From positions 25,654 through 89,653 of the forward strand of contig MU271305.1 in NCBI GenBank assembly GCA_021432655.1: a DNA stretch of 64,000 bases. Reading direction: 5' to 3'. The translations under genes and the position numbers were made by a program. Origin of the DNA: Atractiella rhizophila (Eukaryota). The notes beneath the pieces are model-generated. The model searched no databases, had not been told where the DNA came from, and worked only from the letters and a program-made list of their open reading frames with translations. Shown here piece by piece: positions 1-23,347 of this stretch. Each line of letters opens with the position of its first letter. Position 1 is the stretch's first letter.

Positions 1-90
1 GGTCATGAGGTTTCTGATTTTGTGAAGCAAGTCAATGACGCATTTAAGGATCTGAACGGAAAAAGGGGGAACTCGACTGTTTCGGCGTAA
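1..90 (+). CDS. 3' end of an unidentified gene running in from upstream
   Basis: Open frame GHEVSDFVKQVNDAFKDLNGKRGNSTVSA ending TAA at 88-90, followed by AT-rich UTR-like sequence. Confidence 0.4.
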   Translation, partial: GHEVSDFVKQVNDAFKDLNGKRGNSTVSA

Positions 91-255
91 CTTCTGTAAG
101 ATAGTGCAAGCGCATGTCTTCGCAATGTGTAATAATAGTTCAGTTTCCCTAGTCAATATTCACTACATCCAAGGAGTTGCGATGTGAGTGGGATGAATAA
201 TAAATACAAGCTAGAAGCAGGCTCTTTCCAAGAAAACGAAAGTGGCTCTACTGCA

Positions 256-1030
256 CTACCGCCTTGTCCACTCTTCTTCAGCCTGTAAATCCAAAGGCAC
301 TTTTAATGCAGTCGGCGGTTCGAAGAACCTACACTGGACTGACGACTTGAATGCCTCAAATGACCTTCTTCTGACAATACTCTCGATCGCAAGCTCGTTA
401 TGGATTTGATTTTTCTGTTAATATATTCAGTTACGATACACGTCATAAAGTACAACAAATGAATAACATACCGTGGCCTCCTCTGTTATTAGCTCCTCCT
501 TGATCCGTCCTGTTCCAACCTGAGCAGAGGGATCAAGCTTCGCTTCCCCATCTGGGTACAGCTGTCGCCGCTTCTCCTCTAAACGTGCGTCCACCGTCTT
601 AACACAATAGTGTATAAGCTGTTCTCGTCCTCGCCAATTGGCTGCAACAATTCTTTGAGCGTGCAGGACGCGATTGAGAACAAAGGAGGTACGAACCGAG
701 CATCTCGCTCCAAATTTTGGTACACTCTTCCTGCCGTGCATCTTCCAAGGAATTTGATGAGGCCGACCCATCACGGTCGCGATTTTGGCGGAAGAGGGCA
801 GCGTTTCGATTCAGCCGAACGATGATGCTATCATCCAAGGCACGGTACTGACGCATTATATCTATTTCATCGCCATAAATTGTCAAACATCAACCGCATA
901 TAATGATGAAATTACATTTAAACGTTGAGAGGTTGAGACAGGTATTCATGTCGACATTTTGGATTGAAGGTGGTGTGGGTGGCGCTTCGAGGTAGGCGGA
1001 GCCAAGGAGAGGAGGGGAACGGCGCGACAT
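256..1030 (-). CDS. MIX23: Mix23/CCDC58 (caffeine-induced death protein 2-like) mitochondrial intermembrane-space protein, spliced
   Basis: Spliced translation MSRRSPPLLGS..TCLNLSTFK/DIMRQYRALDDSIIVRLNR..C..IW..NWRGREQLIHYC..NELAIESIVRRRSFEAFKS..CRFFEPP matches the family pattern; GT-AG introns. Confidence 0.8.
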
Positions 1031-1262
1031 GACAGGACGCTGCAAAATATCGATTAATCCAAGCAAAATCAGGGATATCTGCTGGAAACTGTTTGATGAG
1101 TGGTTGAAAAGCAACAGGGCAAAGCAGCTTTGTCCCGCGCTTTGGAATATGCTTGTTTTGGCAGTCACCGACCAGACTCATTTGTTACTGGGAGTTACAG
1201 CGACGGAGAGGGAGACCACTAGCCTTCAAACGCGCACTGTCTAGCTGTAAGAGTGCTTTGAA

Positions 1263-2564
1263 ATGTCAAAGAGACGGCTTGACTCGCGTTTGGGTGAAAA
1301 CTCCCAAGGTAAGTTTCCCATTGACATATTCTATGTTGATTTCAATAACACACACTCGGCAGAGGTCCAGATCTGGAACTCAGTGAAAGCCCAGCTTAAC
1401 TCTCTAGTCGAGCTTCAAGAAAAGGTGGAGGCGACCAGCAGAGCTCTGCAATCTGCACAACAAGCGAATGGAAAAGGGAAGGCGCCTCTTGACTTGGAAG
1501 CAAACCTGAATGCCCTTCGAAATAGTTACCAAGCTCAGCTAGAGTTCGTCACGTCATCCCTTATAAACTAACTCTCAGCTCATCTATTTTACTTCGATGG
1601 GTTATATAGCGAGTCCATTGAGTCGTTATCCATCCTCATTGCGTTGCGCGAGAATCCGGATCCTTACAGTCAAGGTCGGCAGCCCTGCCACTTCCTTTCT
1701 CAATTAGTAAATTCACAAAACCCGTGACATAGGGCTGCCTGAGAAACGGAAGAAACGCAATGCAGCATCGTCGTTGCAGCCTTCCCGGTCAACCTCCGCG
1801 GTTGTGGAATCCAACACGCCATCCTCCTCTATTCCTTCCTCTCCAGCGCCATCTGGGCGTTCCTCCGGCTCTCCAGCTCCATCTTCGCTGTCTACAGGAC
1901 CGTCTCGCATCAATTTAGTCAAGGCAAACGGATCCAGTCCACTCGGATCGATAATTACGGGGAACGTGAAGAATCGAAAGGCATTCCTGAACCGCACGGG
2001 ACAGCTGCCACTTCGCCCCGGAAGAAGTGTGGTTGCCAAACCGAATAAAGGTACTGGCACCATTCCTGGTGGAAGTCCGAATGGGAGTCTCGGAGAGAGA
2101 GGAAGGACGGGAGAGGACGATTGGATCCTTGGTGAAATTGTAGAATGCATTTCTGGGGATAAGAACAGGTTTGTTCCTCCTTCTATCATGCTTTGGATGC
2201 TCATGATAATTACAACAGATACGTGGTAAAGGATTCTGATCCTACTTCCGAGGATGCGAGATGGAACATGACGCTAAAGACCATCATTCCCCTCCCTGAT
2301 CCAAAGGACAGAGAGCGAACATACCCCAAGAAAGATTATACACCTGGAATGTGGGTCCTAGCACTGTACCCTGACACAACCAGTTTCTACAAGGCGAAAA
2401 TTGTAGGAATGGGCGCCAATCGGGTAACTCTTTCCTATTGCTTTCCAAGTACTACTGAAGCTGACGATATTATTGGAAAGCATTACATGCTTTTATTTGA
2501 GGAAGACGAGGACACGACAAGAGAGGTCCCTGAAGAATATGTTACCGAATACATGACTTCTTGA
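1263..2564 (+). CDS. SGF29: SAGA-associated factor 29 (C-terminal tandem Tudor)
   Basis: N-terminal coiled coil; C-terminal DWILGEIV..YVVKDSDP..VLALYPDTTSFYKA..YMLLFEED typical of the Sgf29 Tudor domains. Confidence 0.88.
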
Positions 2565-2764
2565 GATTCTCCAGGGTACTTGACCTTTGATGTGAGACTG
2601 AAACCTAGAGAGACAGTGTCATCGCTATTTATTCTTTCATGATTGTGTGTTTCCCTCTAGCTTCGAATACATATCTCACGATCTTCATTGCTTCAAGCTG
2701 TGGCGTTGGTAACTGGCTTAGTTTCTGTTGTTTTACTATTGCAGTCGTAATATCAATTTACTTT

Positions 2765-4862
2765 TTAATCATCCAGGCTTCCGGCTGTGATGACATCGTC
2801 AATCTAAGGGCACATTAGCAATGTCTAAGCTAAGAAACAATGAGTGCACACCTTCAATACTGCTCGGACAAGCTGAGTCGCCAACAAAAATTGCTGCCGT
2901 TTGGAGATTAAGGGATCGAACACATTTTGCTCCCTCATGTCTAACCGCGATCAATGATCAGAATCTCTTGAACTTTCCGCGAATGAAATGTACCATTACT
3001 TCCGCGTCCAACACAATCAACGCCAAGACGCGAATTCTTCTCGTTCCGCTTGCCGACTCTTCACCTCAGCCAGCGTTTCAATAGGCGGCAATCCAGAGTT
3101 TTCAGCAAGGGCCAAGGGTATAGCGTCCAAGGCAGCGGCAAAAGCGCGCATTGCATACTGTTCTATTGATGGAATCTGCTCAACAGAAGTTTGTCAGTGA
3201 GATCAGGTGATGCCGATAGAAGGGATGCAGACCTCATCAGCTGCTCTGGACACAGCCAGCGATGCGGCTATCTCCGCTGCCCCTCCACCATAAACGACGC
3301 GGTTGTCGACCACGAGATTGCGGACGACGCAAATGGCATCGTGAAGCGAACGCTTGGCTTCGTCAATGATCTGAGCAGTCACGTTAATGATGAGAAAAGT
3401 TAGGAGAGAGAGGTCGAAATACCATCTTGTTGCTACCGCGCACGAAAACTGTAACAGCGCGAGTGTTTGCGCACTCCTCAATGATAAGCATTTTGTCCTT
3501 CGTCGTCCCGAAAGTGACTTGACGGACGATTCCAGCCTTTCCCAGTTTTTCGGTTGTCAGATCTTCAAACCGTGGGACTATTCGCCCATTCGTAGCGATG
3601 GCAATAAGCTGCATCCGACGAGTAAGGCGTAAGCATAAGAATGTCAGCGAAAACAGACCTCGATCTCCGGACCTCCAACCCATCTGACTGCTGGCAGCTC
3701 GTTCTGGAGTAGAAGGTGATTCGCCTCGTCATCAAATCCCCATTGACAAATGACAAGATTAGCCCCCGTATCCTTCACCCGCTTGATCATCTCCTCGAAC
3801 TTCGCCTTCTCGTACTCCTGCAACTTCTTGTACTCCTCCACAGAGGTGATGTCCAACTTATGTTTCGTCTTTGGACGGGGAGGTTCGAATGGACAGGTCA
3901 GAATGGCAAGTTTGGCGTCACGGACAACATGTGGCATTTGAGGGTGTGACATGTCTTTGTCGACCACCACACCTTTGACAAGCATAGTGTCCTCGAGACC
4001 GCCACCAACTTTTCCATCCACCTTGATCAATTCGAAATCCACGTCTTTCCGCTCAAGATCAGCAACAGAAAGGACGGCGTCAACCGCAATTTGAGCAAAT
4101 TTGGAACGAGCCATGGATACGCTATTATCTCATCAGCACAAACCAAATGGAGGCAATCGAGATGGGCACATTTTGCTGCCTAGTGAAGTGGAAGCCACCT
4201 TCTCTAATTCGGTGGTGTCCTCTTTCGAAAATTCGATGCGGTCGTTCACTCTATCCAGCTCAGCAACAGCTATAGCGCACGCTCGCTCAAAGCCATCCGC
4301 TATGCGGACAGGGTGGATGCCGCGATCAAGGAGTTCTTCGCATTGTTCTAAAAGAGCTCCAGCAAGGACTAGATAGTGATACCATCAATATAAAAGACTT
4401 TCAAAAAAAAAAGTGAAAGCAAACGCACCAACCACGCCCGTGGTGCCATCGCCAATCTCGTCGTCCTGAGATTTCGAGAGTTGGACAAGCAATTTAGCAA
4501 TCTGGTGCTCCACCTTTCGCACGTCTTAACCCCATATATTTATACTTTAAAGAAGAATTGGCGCACCTCCATCTGTCCCAGAATTGTAGCACCATCATTC
4601 GTAACAGTAATGTCTCCATCAGGGCTGATCAGAATCTTGTCCAGTCCTCTGGGTCCCAAAGAAGTCCTAATGATGTTTGACACAGAACGAGCTGCGAGAA
4701 TGTGGGATTTGATTGCTTCGGTGCCTTTAACTCGCGTGCGCTTGCCTTGGTCGCGAATGATGATAAATGGACGACCATACTGCATCCCGCTGACTCAACC
4801 AGAGTATCCCTGACTACAAAGGGGAGACGCACCTCGTCAGTAGCATACATTGCCTCAGCCAT
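2765..4862 (-). CDS. CCT5: T-complex protein 1 subunit epsilon (CCT chaperonin)
   Basis: [55 protein letters not shown], end IDDVI; multiple introns. Confidence 0.96.
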
Positions 4863-5281
4863 CGTGTTCTCGCGCTCTATCGCTTGTCGTGCCAATGATC
4901 TAACTGACAGTTCCCTTACCAGTTTTTGTGTCACTACGATCTAAACTAGAATTGTAACTACCAACGACAATAAGATTGTGACCGGAAATGGTCGGTCCGG
5001 TGGCCGGAAAAGAAGCTTGGTCTGATCTCGCAACACAAGCAGCTGATCTGGCTTCTCCACCATTTCAGCATCAAATCATCTGCCAAATCATCCTGAAAAC
5101 CTTCGATTTCACCAAGCCTTTATAAACCACAGAACCCTTCGTTCGATAGCCCGAGGTCCATTCAACGCTCCATCCAAAAATCGGCGCTCAGAAACTCAAG
5201 GTGAGTGAGCTTCAGTCGAGGGATCCTTTTTGGTCCCAGCTCAGTCCATGGCTTATTGTTTTCACTCAGGAATTTGTTTTT

Positions 5282-7301
<2,020 letters not shown>

Positions 7302-7614
7302 ACGCGGCTGTCAAAGGATTGTTCGGAGCGGAAAGACTGTGTCGAAGAAACTCAAAACGACCTAACTGTCGTATTATTAGTGTATTCTTATGCCAAATCC
7401 AAGAATTGTGATCAATCGAGCTCCTTCAAATATTTAGTCCTCTGGACGAGTCTTTACATATTAAGTCTTCAAGAGAGCTGTTTAAGTACCATATCTTCCG
7501 ACCTGAGCATTTTTGCCGAGAAATTGACCAGAAGAGATTATCATAATGATTTATGCACAGTAATGACGCACAGAAAGCGATGGATGGGAGCAATTGGAAT
7601 GTCAATCTGGCTTG

Positions 7615-8553
7615 CTAACAATCTCCTTCGCCTGCGTGGGTGTTCAGGATGAGGGCGACGATAAGCCTGCAGTACCGCCATTCAGTTCGTTTTCTTCATA
7701 AAAACGCTTCCATACCCGTAGAGTCCAATGACTTCAGCAAAAATCTGGAAGAGTGAATGAGTTCGCATTTCCTCGATCTTGGAACTAGATGAATAACTCA
7801 CGAGCATCAATACCATCGACACGAAGATTCGCGGCTGAAACATGTACGCTCGTGCACACTTCCCCCTTTCAACGCCTATTCAATCTAGAGGTCAGATAAA
7901 CTCACGGTATCCCCAATGATGCCAATGGCGTGGCCGGCGGCGAGACCCGTTAAGCCGCAAGAAAGTCCGGCAGCCAAGTGAACGAAGGAACTGGGACCTG
8001 TTATGAGCATGGATCTCTTCGTAGAAACTAGCGTACGCGTGAAGGGTGTATGGCTTGGTTGGATTGACTGTACACATTTAGAATAGAAATCAGGAGGAGA
8101 GAAGAGCACACACGTCCAGCAACGATTAAGACTGCCACAACAAGACCATATACGGCAATGATACCAGCCATGCTACCAAGTAGAGGTTACGCAGATTTCA
8201 CAGATAATAAAGACAGCGCACACTACTGGAATCAGAGACTACACCATCTCATAAACCCAATGTCTCATTCGAAAGGTAGACAGGACACACCTTCATGATG
8301 AGGTCTGGTCGTAGAGTTCCCATGCCAGTAATCCCAATTCCAGCCTTTGAAGTCCCATATGCAGCGCCCATAGCTTCAACGAACATCTTGAGCGTTGTCT
8401 CTCTCGCCACCAGGAAAATACACACTGCTAAAGACCATCTATTCCCCAACATTAGGGGACCAACTCACTCAGGCGATGGACACGTACGGAGGAAGCAACA
8501 CCTGCGAATCCAAAGAAAGGAGCGTAGGGAGGGCATAGCTCAGAAGTCGCCAT
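7615..8553 (-). CDS. VMA11: V-ATPase V0 proteolipid subunit c' (copy 1)
   Basis: [102 protein letters not shown]/YMxQPR favour c' over c. Confidence 0.85.
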
Positions 8554-8769
8554 GATGTTTCAGGTGGCACTAGATAGGTAAATGAATCTGGAAATTGGAG
8601 TATGTCGTTCCCCTTCTCTGCTTAGTTCTGCTCTGGTTTCAATCCATTACAAGCCCATTGCATTTCTTTCGTGATGGACAAACACGTTCGCGTCCCCCCT
8701 TTTGAGCTGTAACTAGCAACAATACCGCATGAAAGGGCATGAAAGTCCTTTTGTCACGCAGAAGCCGGC

Positions 8770-10005
8770 ATGAGCAGCTATAAGAGGCGCTATAGCCTCA
8801 CAGATCGAGTTCCTGCTGTCACAACCATGTTGTTCATGTTTACATCGCTCTGTGTCGCCTTTTATCTCTTCCAATCCGTAGATTCATTTCCTCTCATCAT
8901 CAGAAAAGATCAGAAGACGCAGTTATCCTTTCGACAATGGTATCGAAAGCGTGCGAACACCTTCAGGCTCGCCGTTTTCACGGATTTGCATTATGGAGAA
9001 AACGAGGAGGGTCCTTGGGGTCCTGTTCAAGACCTTGACTCCACGAAAGTTATGGACTCTGTCTTGAATGACGAGGATGTGGACTTTGTGTCGATCGTTT
9101 CTCTTATACTCCCAGCGGGGATGACTGAACGAACTCTTAGGGTTTTTGGTGGTGACTTAATCACGGGAGAGAATACTTTCGATAATGCGACCAATTATTT
9201 CGATGTCCTCGTACAACCTACACTCAGGTTGGCTCCCTAGCTGCTCACTCGTGGTATTCTACTAAGTGACAAAACCAGGCGGAAGATTCCATGGGCTTCA
9301 ATCTACGGCAACGTGGGTAGCCCGCTTTATTACTTGCATTGTTTTGAAACCATTACAGCACGATAACGATGTCAACATATCGCATGCTCTCTTGGTTGAA
9401 AAAGAGTCGCAATATCCCTTATCATATACCTCTTCCATGCCAAACGGGACACGTGAAGGGCTCGCGAATTATTGGCTTCCTGTCTTCTCCCCTGTCGACG
9501 ATAAGGTCCCCGCTCTTATTCTATGGTTTTTTGATTCCAAAGGCAGGAACTTTTTCTTCATCGTGCCTCGTCCAATATTGATATATCGGTAAGTTTAGGA
9601 GGCAAATACTTTGGGAAGGGCGGTAACGTCGAAGAGGTTGTGGATGCCAATGTAGCAGATGTGACTCTTCAAATAGTACTGAAGTACACTATGGTTGACC
9701 ATATACTAGTGGATCAAGTTCTCGGTGAATTCAATCCGACAGGACTATTCCCACCTGCCACCGTCTCTTGCATTTGTCCACATCCCGGCACACCAAGCTC
9801 TCTCGCTTCAACAAGCCGTCCTCACTGACCATGCCGAATCACCAATCTTTCCTGGATTGAACGACGATGTTCCACTTGCCTTTCAAGATGGGAATGGGAC
9901 GTATACCGGGCAAGATCAACCTTTCTGGCATGCCATTGAGACGGAATTGAACGCAGACAACAAGTTGTTGGCTGTCGTTAGTGGTCACGATCATGGGGAT
10001 GCTTG
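8770..10005 (+). pseudogene. Truncated copy of the DCR2-like metallophosphoesterase, cut at the duplication junction
   Basis: Same as 11649-13192 but ends right after SGHDHGDA, where the junction creates a TGA. Confidence 0.75.
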
Positions 10006-10493
10006 AAAGCTCTTTGGATGGAACCTAGAGCAGCCCGACACCTTGAAGGCTGTGAACACGAAGGGAAACACCATATTCAAGTCTGAAATCTCGGCTGACG
10101 ACCGGGCGAAGAGATATGCGGAATGGAACCGAGCGATTGAGAGGTCTAAGGGATGGAGGATCACAACTGAAGAGAACTGAACGCGGCTGTGAAAGGATTG
10201 TTGGGAGCGGAAAGACTGTGTCGAAGAAACTCAAAACGACCTAACTGTCGTATTATTAGTGTATTCTTATGCCAAATCCAAGAATTGTGATCAATCGAGC
10301 TCCTTCAAATATTTAGTCCTCTGGACGAGTCTTTACATATTAAAGTCTTCAAGAGAGCTGTTTACGTGCCATATCTTCCGACCTGAGCATTTTTACCGAG
10401 AAATTGACCAGAAGAGATTATCATAATGATTTATGCACATTAATGACGCACAGAAAGCGATGATGGGAGCAATTGGAATGTCAATCTGGCTTG

Positions 10494-11432
10494 CTAACAA
10501 TCTCCTTCGCCTGCGTGAGTGTTCAGGATGAGGGCGACGATAAGCCTGCAGTACTGCCATTAAGTTCGTTTTCTTCATAAAAGCGCTTCCATACCCGTAG
10601 AGTCCAATGACTTCAGCAAAAATCTGGAAGAGTGAATGAGTTCGCATTTCCTCAATCTTGGAACTAGATGAATAACTCACGAGCATCAATACCATCGACA
10701 CGAAGATTCGCGGCTGAAACATGTACGCTCGTGCACACTTCCCCCTTTCAACGCCTATTCAATCTAGAGGTCAGATAAACTCACGGTATCCCCAATGATG
10801 CCAATGGCGTGGCCGGCGGCGAGACCCGTTAAGCCGCAAGAAAGTCCGGCAGCCAAGTGAACGAAGGAACTGGGACCGGTTATGACCATGGATCTCTTCG
10901 TAGAAACTAGCGTACGCGTGAAGGGTGTATGGCTTGGTTGGATTGACTGTACACATTTAGAATAGAAATCAGGAGGAGAGAAGAGCACACACGTCCAGCA
11001 ACGATTAAGACTGCCACAACAAGACCATATACGGCAATGATACCAGCCATGCTACCAAGTAGAGGTTACGCAGATTTCACAGATAATAAAGACAGCGCAC
11101 ACTACTGGAATCAGAGACTACACCATCTCATAAACCCAATGTCTCATTCGAAAGGTAGACAGGACACACCTTCATGATGAGGTCTGGTCGTAGAGTTCCC
11201 ATGCCCGTAATCCCAATTCCAGCTTTTGAAGTCCCATATGCAGCGCCCATAGCTTCAACGAACATCTTGAGCGTTGTCTCTCTCGCCACTAGGAAAATAC
11301 ACACTGCTAAAGACCATCTATTCCCCAACATTAGGGGACCAACTCACTCAGGCGATGGACACGTACGGAGGAAGCAACACCTGCGAATCCAAAGAAAGGA
11401 GCGTAGGGAGGGCATAGCTCAGAAGTCGCCAT
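10494..11432 (-). CDS. VMA11: V-ATPase proteolipid c' (copy 2, probably allelic or artefactual)
   Basis: Near-identical to 7615-8553. Confidence 0.75.
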
Positions 11433-11648
11433 GATGTTTCAGGTGGCACTAGATAGGTAAATGAATCTGGAAATTGGAGTATGTCGTTCCCCTTCTCTGC
11501 TTAGTTCTGCTCTGGTTTCAATCCATTACAAGCCCATTGCATTTCTTTCGTGATGGACAAACACGTTCGCGTCCCCCCTTTTGAGCTGTAACTAGCAACA
11601 ATACCGCATGAAAGGGCATGAAAGTCCTTTTGTCACCCAGAAGCCGGC

Positions 11649-13192
11649 ATGAGCAGCTATAAGAGGCGCTATAGCCTCACAGATCGAGTTCCTGCTGTCA
11701 CAACCATGTTGTTCATGTTTACATCGCTCTGTGTCGCCTTTTATCTCTTCCAATCCGTAGATTCATTTCCTCTCATCATCAGAAAAGATCAGAAGACGCG
11801 GTTATCCTTTCGACAATGGTATCGAAAGCGTGCGAATACCTTCAGGCTCGCCGTTTTCACGGATTTGCATTATGGAGAAAACGAGGAGGGTCCTTGGGGT
11901 CCTGTTCAAGACCTTGACTCCACGAAAGTTATGGACTCTGTCTTGAATGACGAGGATGTGGACTTTGTGTCGATCGTTTCTCTTATACTCCCAGCGGGGA
12001 TGACTGAACGAACTCTTAGGGTTTTTGGTGGTGACTTAATCACGGGAGAGAATACTTTCGATAATGCGACCAATTATTTCGATATCCTCGTACAACCTAC
12101 ACTCAGGTTGGCTCCCTAGCTGCTCACTCGTGGTATTCTACTAAGTGACAAAACCAGGCGGAAGATTCCATGGGCTTCAATCTACGGCAACGTGGGTAGC
12201 CCGCTTTATTACTTGCATTGTTTTGAAACCATTACAGCACGATAACGATGTCAACATATCGCATGCTCTCTTGGTTGAAAAAGAGTCGCAATATCCCTTA
12301 TCATATACCTCTTCCATGCCAAACGGGACACGTGAAGGGCTCGCGAATTATTGGCTTCCCGTCTTCTCCCCTGTCGACGATAAGGTCCCCGCTCTTATTC
12401 TATGGTTTTTTGATTCCAAAGGCAGGAACTTTTTCTTCATCATACCTTGTCCAATATTGATATATCGGTAAGTTTAGGGGGCAAATACTTTGCCAAAGGC
12501 GGTAACGTCGAAGAGGTTGTGGATGCCAACGTAGCAGATGTGACCCTTCAGATAGTACTGAAGTACACTATGGTTGACCATATACTAGTGGATCAAGTTC
12601 TCGGTGAATTCAATCCGACAGGACTATTCCCACCTGCCACCATCTCTTGCATTTGTCCACATCCCGGCACACCAAGCTCTCTCGCTTCAACAAGCCGTCC
12701 TCACTGACCATGCCGAATCACCAATCTTTCCTGGATTGAACGACGATGTTCCACTTGCCTTTCAAGATGGGAATGGGACGTATACCGGACAAGATCAACC
12801 TTTCTGGCATGCCATTGAGACGGAATTGAACGCAGACAACAAGTTGTTAGCTGTCGTTAGTGGTCACGATCATGGGGATGCTTGGTGTGCGAAGAATGCA
12901 AAAATTACAAACGTAACCATCTGCTTTGGAAGGCATACTGGCTACGGGGGTTATGGAACGTACATTACCTCTGTCCTCCAGCTTGAAAATGTGCTGAGCT
13001 GAGGTAGGTGGGATCGCGGTGCGAGGATCTTCGAGTTTAGTCTAGAGGGTTTGCAAAAGGCGATACCGGAGGTTAATACATGGTAAACATTCCCTTCAAG
13101 ATATGCCAGCGCTGATTTTGTGCGCAAGGGTTCGGATGGAAAACCATTCTGTTATCACTTCCGTCACATTGGGTCAGAATTACGGCCCATGA
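11649..13192 (+). CDS. Calcineurin-like metallophosphoesterase, DCR2-like, with N-terminal membrane anchor
   Basis: FTDLHYGE, FGGDLITGEN, YGN/HD, LAFVHIP, SGHDHGDAWC, GRHTGYGGYG, RGARIF motifs. Confidence 0.88.
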
Positions 13193-15588
13193 TTATTAGA
13201 ACCTTGCAATCATTCTCTCTAAACCAGTATCGATAGCTGATGTTGTGCTTTACAGTTTTTGCAACTTATTTTACGAGTTGTTTCTTCATCTAGCAATGTA
13301 CCTCATGCTTCTTTCGCCTCACCGCACCGCACTTTGTCCTTTCGTGAAGAATCTTCTGACAATTGTCAGCAAGGGAACACCGTACCCGTCCAAATGCTCA
13401 GGCGCCCATGACCACCGTCAGCGGTTGCAACGGGCTCCATCTGCAAAAGTCAGCATAAAGGCACCACCGGCTTCGCGCTTCCCAGATTCTGGGCTACGCC
13501 TTCGGCCTAAGGTATTGGCCCACTGCTTTCAATCTCTTTCGCTCTGGTCATTGGCTCATAATTGTGCTCGTTGCCGTCATTTTTCTCTTGCCGCGGCCGG
13601 CACAAAATTTGAAACACGCGCTTCTCAAAGTGTTCAGTCCGTTTGGTGACCCTTTTTTATCTTCCAGCTCTCGTACAAAGTGAGCATACCAGCTCCAGGA
13701 CTCTGTAGGCTGCAGAATCCTCAGGCTCTTTTCCCATTGTAACGTTCCCACTCCAGAACTGTTTTACATGGCAGGGTCACGCCCTTTGTCAACTCTTGAG
13801 GCAACCGCGATCGAAGCGGCTTCGAGCTCGAGCAGACAGCTGGAAGAGGGGCAGAAAGATACTGTCATATACGCGTACGCAGATGATACGAAGGATGATT
13901 GCCATGACGATTTGGACGAAAAAAATGACCACCTTCAACGAGAGCAATCTGCAACCGCTGCAGCAGAAGTACCCCCCGCAACCACAAAACAGATTTCTAT
14001 TCAGGATCAAACTAACCTTCTACCAGCAAAACAGGTCACCATACCGCCTCCTACCTACCTTTAGGTGACTAATTTAATGCGACTTAGGTTATAGTCGTGT
14101 TCATTGGGCTCACGCTTCCAACAATGCTTCTTTTTCTTGACCAAACAATCGGTCAGTCGCTACACAGCAAGCTCTTACTTGTTGCGGTAACTTACTTTAT
14201 CATAGTGTCCACCGCTTTACCCTCAATATCAAAGGCCTTTAATGCAGGCTCGGAGAGCATCTGGGCAAGCACTTTTTCTTCTAGAGAATCTCGCCCGACG
14301 GTAAACTAGGTCGGTAGCGCCTATCTACTAACCAGCACCGCTTTCCAACCCAGTACTGGTCGATTGAGTGACATATTTGGGAGGAAGGTTATGCTACTTG
14401 CTTGCATCATCATCTTCCTGATCGCATCGCTTGCCTGCGCATTGGCACAAACCATGCTGCAGTTGATCATTTTTCGTGCCTTTCAAGGTGTGGGTGGTGG
14501 AGCCTTGAGTATGCGTTATCGACATACTTTTTCAGAGGTCTGAATTGTGTTACAGTTACACTAGTCCTCATTATCATGAGCGATGTTGTATCATTAAAAG
14601 ACCGAGGGAAGGTATGTGGTCCTCTATCGCATAAATTTGGGCTTATTGTTCAAGAACAGTATCAAGGAATCCTAGAAGCAGTAATTGCTATCTCAAACGG
14701 TATGCTCTGCACGTCAGTCAAGCGAATAATGAACAAGAAGAATTGCAGGGATCGGTCCACTTTTAGGAGGCGTATTCACATCAAAACTCAATTGGTACTT
14801 TTCTGAGTCGTCTATTCTGATAATAACGATTCATTATTTACAGGCGCTGGTGCTTCTGGATCAATTTGGTCAGTACCGTGCTGGACCGTGGTTTCTGGCT
14901 CATTCCCATTCTGGTAGCCTTTAGGAGCAGTCTCGCTTGTGGTATGTTTCAATTAGTTCTGCCAGAATAAACATTAACTCTGTTGCAGCTCATCGTCTTT
15001 CTTTTGCCCTTACGAAGGGTTAAAGGAGAGGTCTTACAAAAGGTGAAGCAAGTAGATTGGGTCGGCACCACACTCGTAAGCGTGATATCTGGCACCTACA
15101 TTTTCTCATGACTTTCAAGACATTGATTGCTTCCATACTTGTACTTCTGGCACTGAACTGGTTCGTAACCTTTGACAAAATGCTTGAATGCTAAAAATGA
15201 AAAAGGGGCGGCGTGGAGTATTCTTGGTCGTCTGCGCCAGTTTTGAGCAGTCTCATCATTGGGATTGTTGGTTTTGTTGTGTTTTGGCTCTGGGAATGGC
15301 GTTTCGCTGCATTGCCCATTGTCCCCAGTAAATACTTTTACCCCTATGCATGACACAGGTCTGATTTACTGTAGTGTCAATGTTTCGAATCAAGACGGTA
15401 ACTGGGGTCCTGATCTGCACCTTGTCCAATGGAATGGTGTAGGTCTCCCCAATCTCCAAATCTCCAGTTAAATATTAAATAGCCGCACACAGGTTCTTCC
15501 AGACAATCTATTTCGTCCCACAGCTTTTTCAATTATCCTTTGACTATTCGCGTACGTCTATCCCACCCTCTCACAGACTTCGCTGAAC

Positions 15589-22341
<6,753 letters not shown>

Positions 22342-22493
22342 GGTTCAACGTCGGTATCTGGAAAGAACAGGGACTGTAAGGGCTAAAATAGCTGATGACG
22401 GCGGCTTTGCTGGTGGTCGAGACGCGACGTGAATTGATGAAGATTGATGAGGCAGACAAGAGGAACTTCCACGAATGCGAAGGAAACGACGAA

Positions 22494-23299
22494 ATGGCTA
22501 ATTATCCACTCTATCTGCTATTCTCCTCAGCTCTCATAGCGCTCTCAAACGCTTTGTACTTCTATCTGGACGCAGGTACTACGAAATGTTTTATTGAGGA
22601 GCTGCCACAGGACACCATTGTAGTCGGTAAGTTCACTATGTTCCTCCTGGTGGGGTAGTGATGGGTTGTGTCCTTGAAGGGCATTACAAGGCTGAAGAGT
22701 GGGAGGAGGAATCGAGGTCCTACGTCGTGCGCAACGAGCTCGGCATCCAAATCACCGTCTCCGTTCGTCTTCTTCCTTCGCTCTTTAGCTTTTACTCAAA
22801 GGAGTAAATGTGTGCAGGAGATCGATACCGCTGAGATCATTGTCAACTCTCGCGGTTTGCCTGAGGGCAAGTTCGTGTTCACGTCGCACGCGGCTGGTGA
22901 CCATAACATCTGTTTACGAACAAACTACACTGGCGGTTGGTTCAGCACCACACAAGTGCGAATGCACCTCGACATCGCAGTTGGAGAGGCGAAGGTAGAT
23001 GAGGAAAACGAACGCGGACACGTCATGGACCTTGCTTCAAAAGTGAAGGACTTGAACAATCGTTTGGAAGACATCAGGAAAGAGCAGCAATTTCAGCGAG
23101 AAAGGGAGGCGGAGTTCAGGAACCTCAGTGAGAAAACGAATTCGAGCGCCATCTACTGGAGTTTGCTCCAGATTTTAGTCCTCGTCGGCACTTGCGTTTG
23201 GCAGCTTAGGCATCTGAGGAAGTTCTTTGAGAGCAAGAAGTGCGTAGATCCCTCCATCCTTTCGAGCAGAAGCTGAATGTCTTTTTCAGGATCCTTTAG
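22494..23299 (+). CDS. p24/emp24/gp25L GOLD-domain cargo receptor (alpha subfamily, Erp1-like)
   Basis: Signal peptide, ALYFYL..KCFIEELPQDTIVVG, GKFVFTSHAAGDHNICL, QREREAEFRNLSEKTN, TM helix, FFESKKIL dilysine tail. Confidence 0.92.
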
Positions 23300-23347
23300 C
23301 CATGTCTTCTCCATAATGCACCAACTTGCAGTTGCGCAAAAGTACAT

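Noticed and set aside
10494..11432. Real VMA11 gene-dosage duplication
   Set aside because: It lies inside a duplication with the +A junction signature and allele-level divergence.
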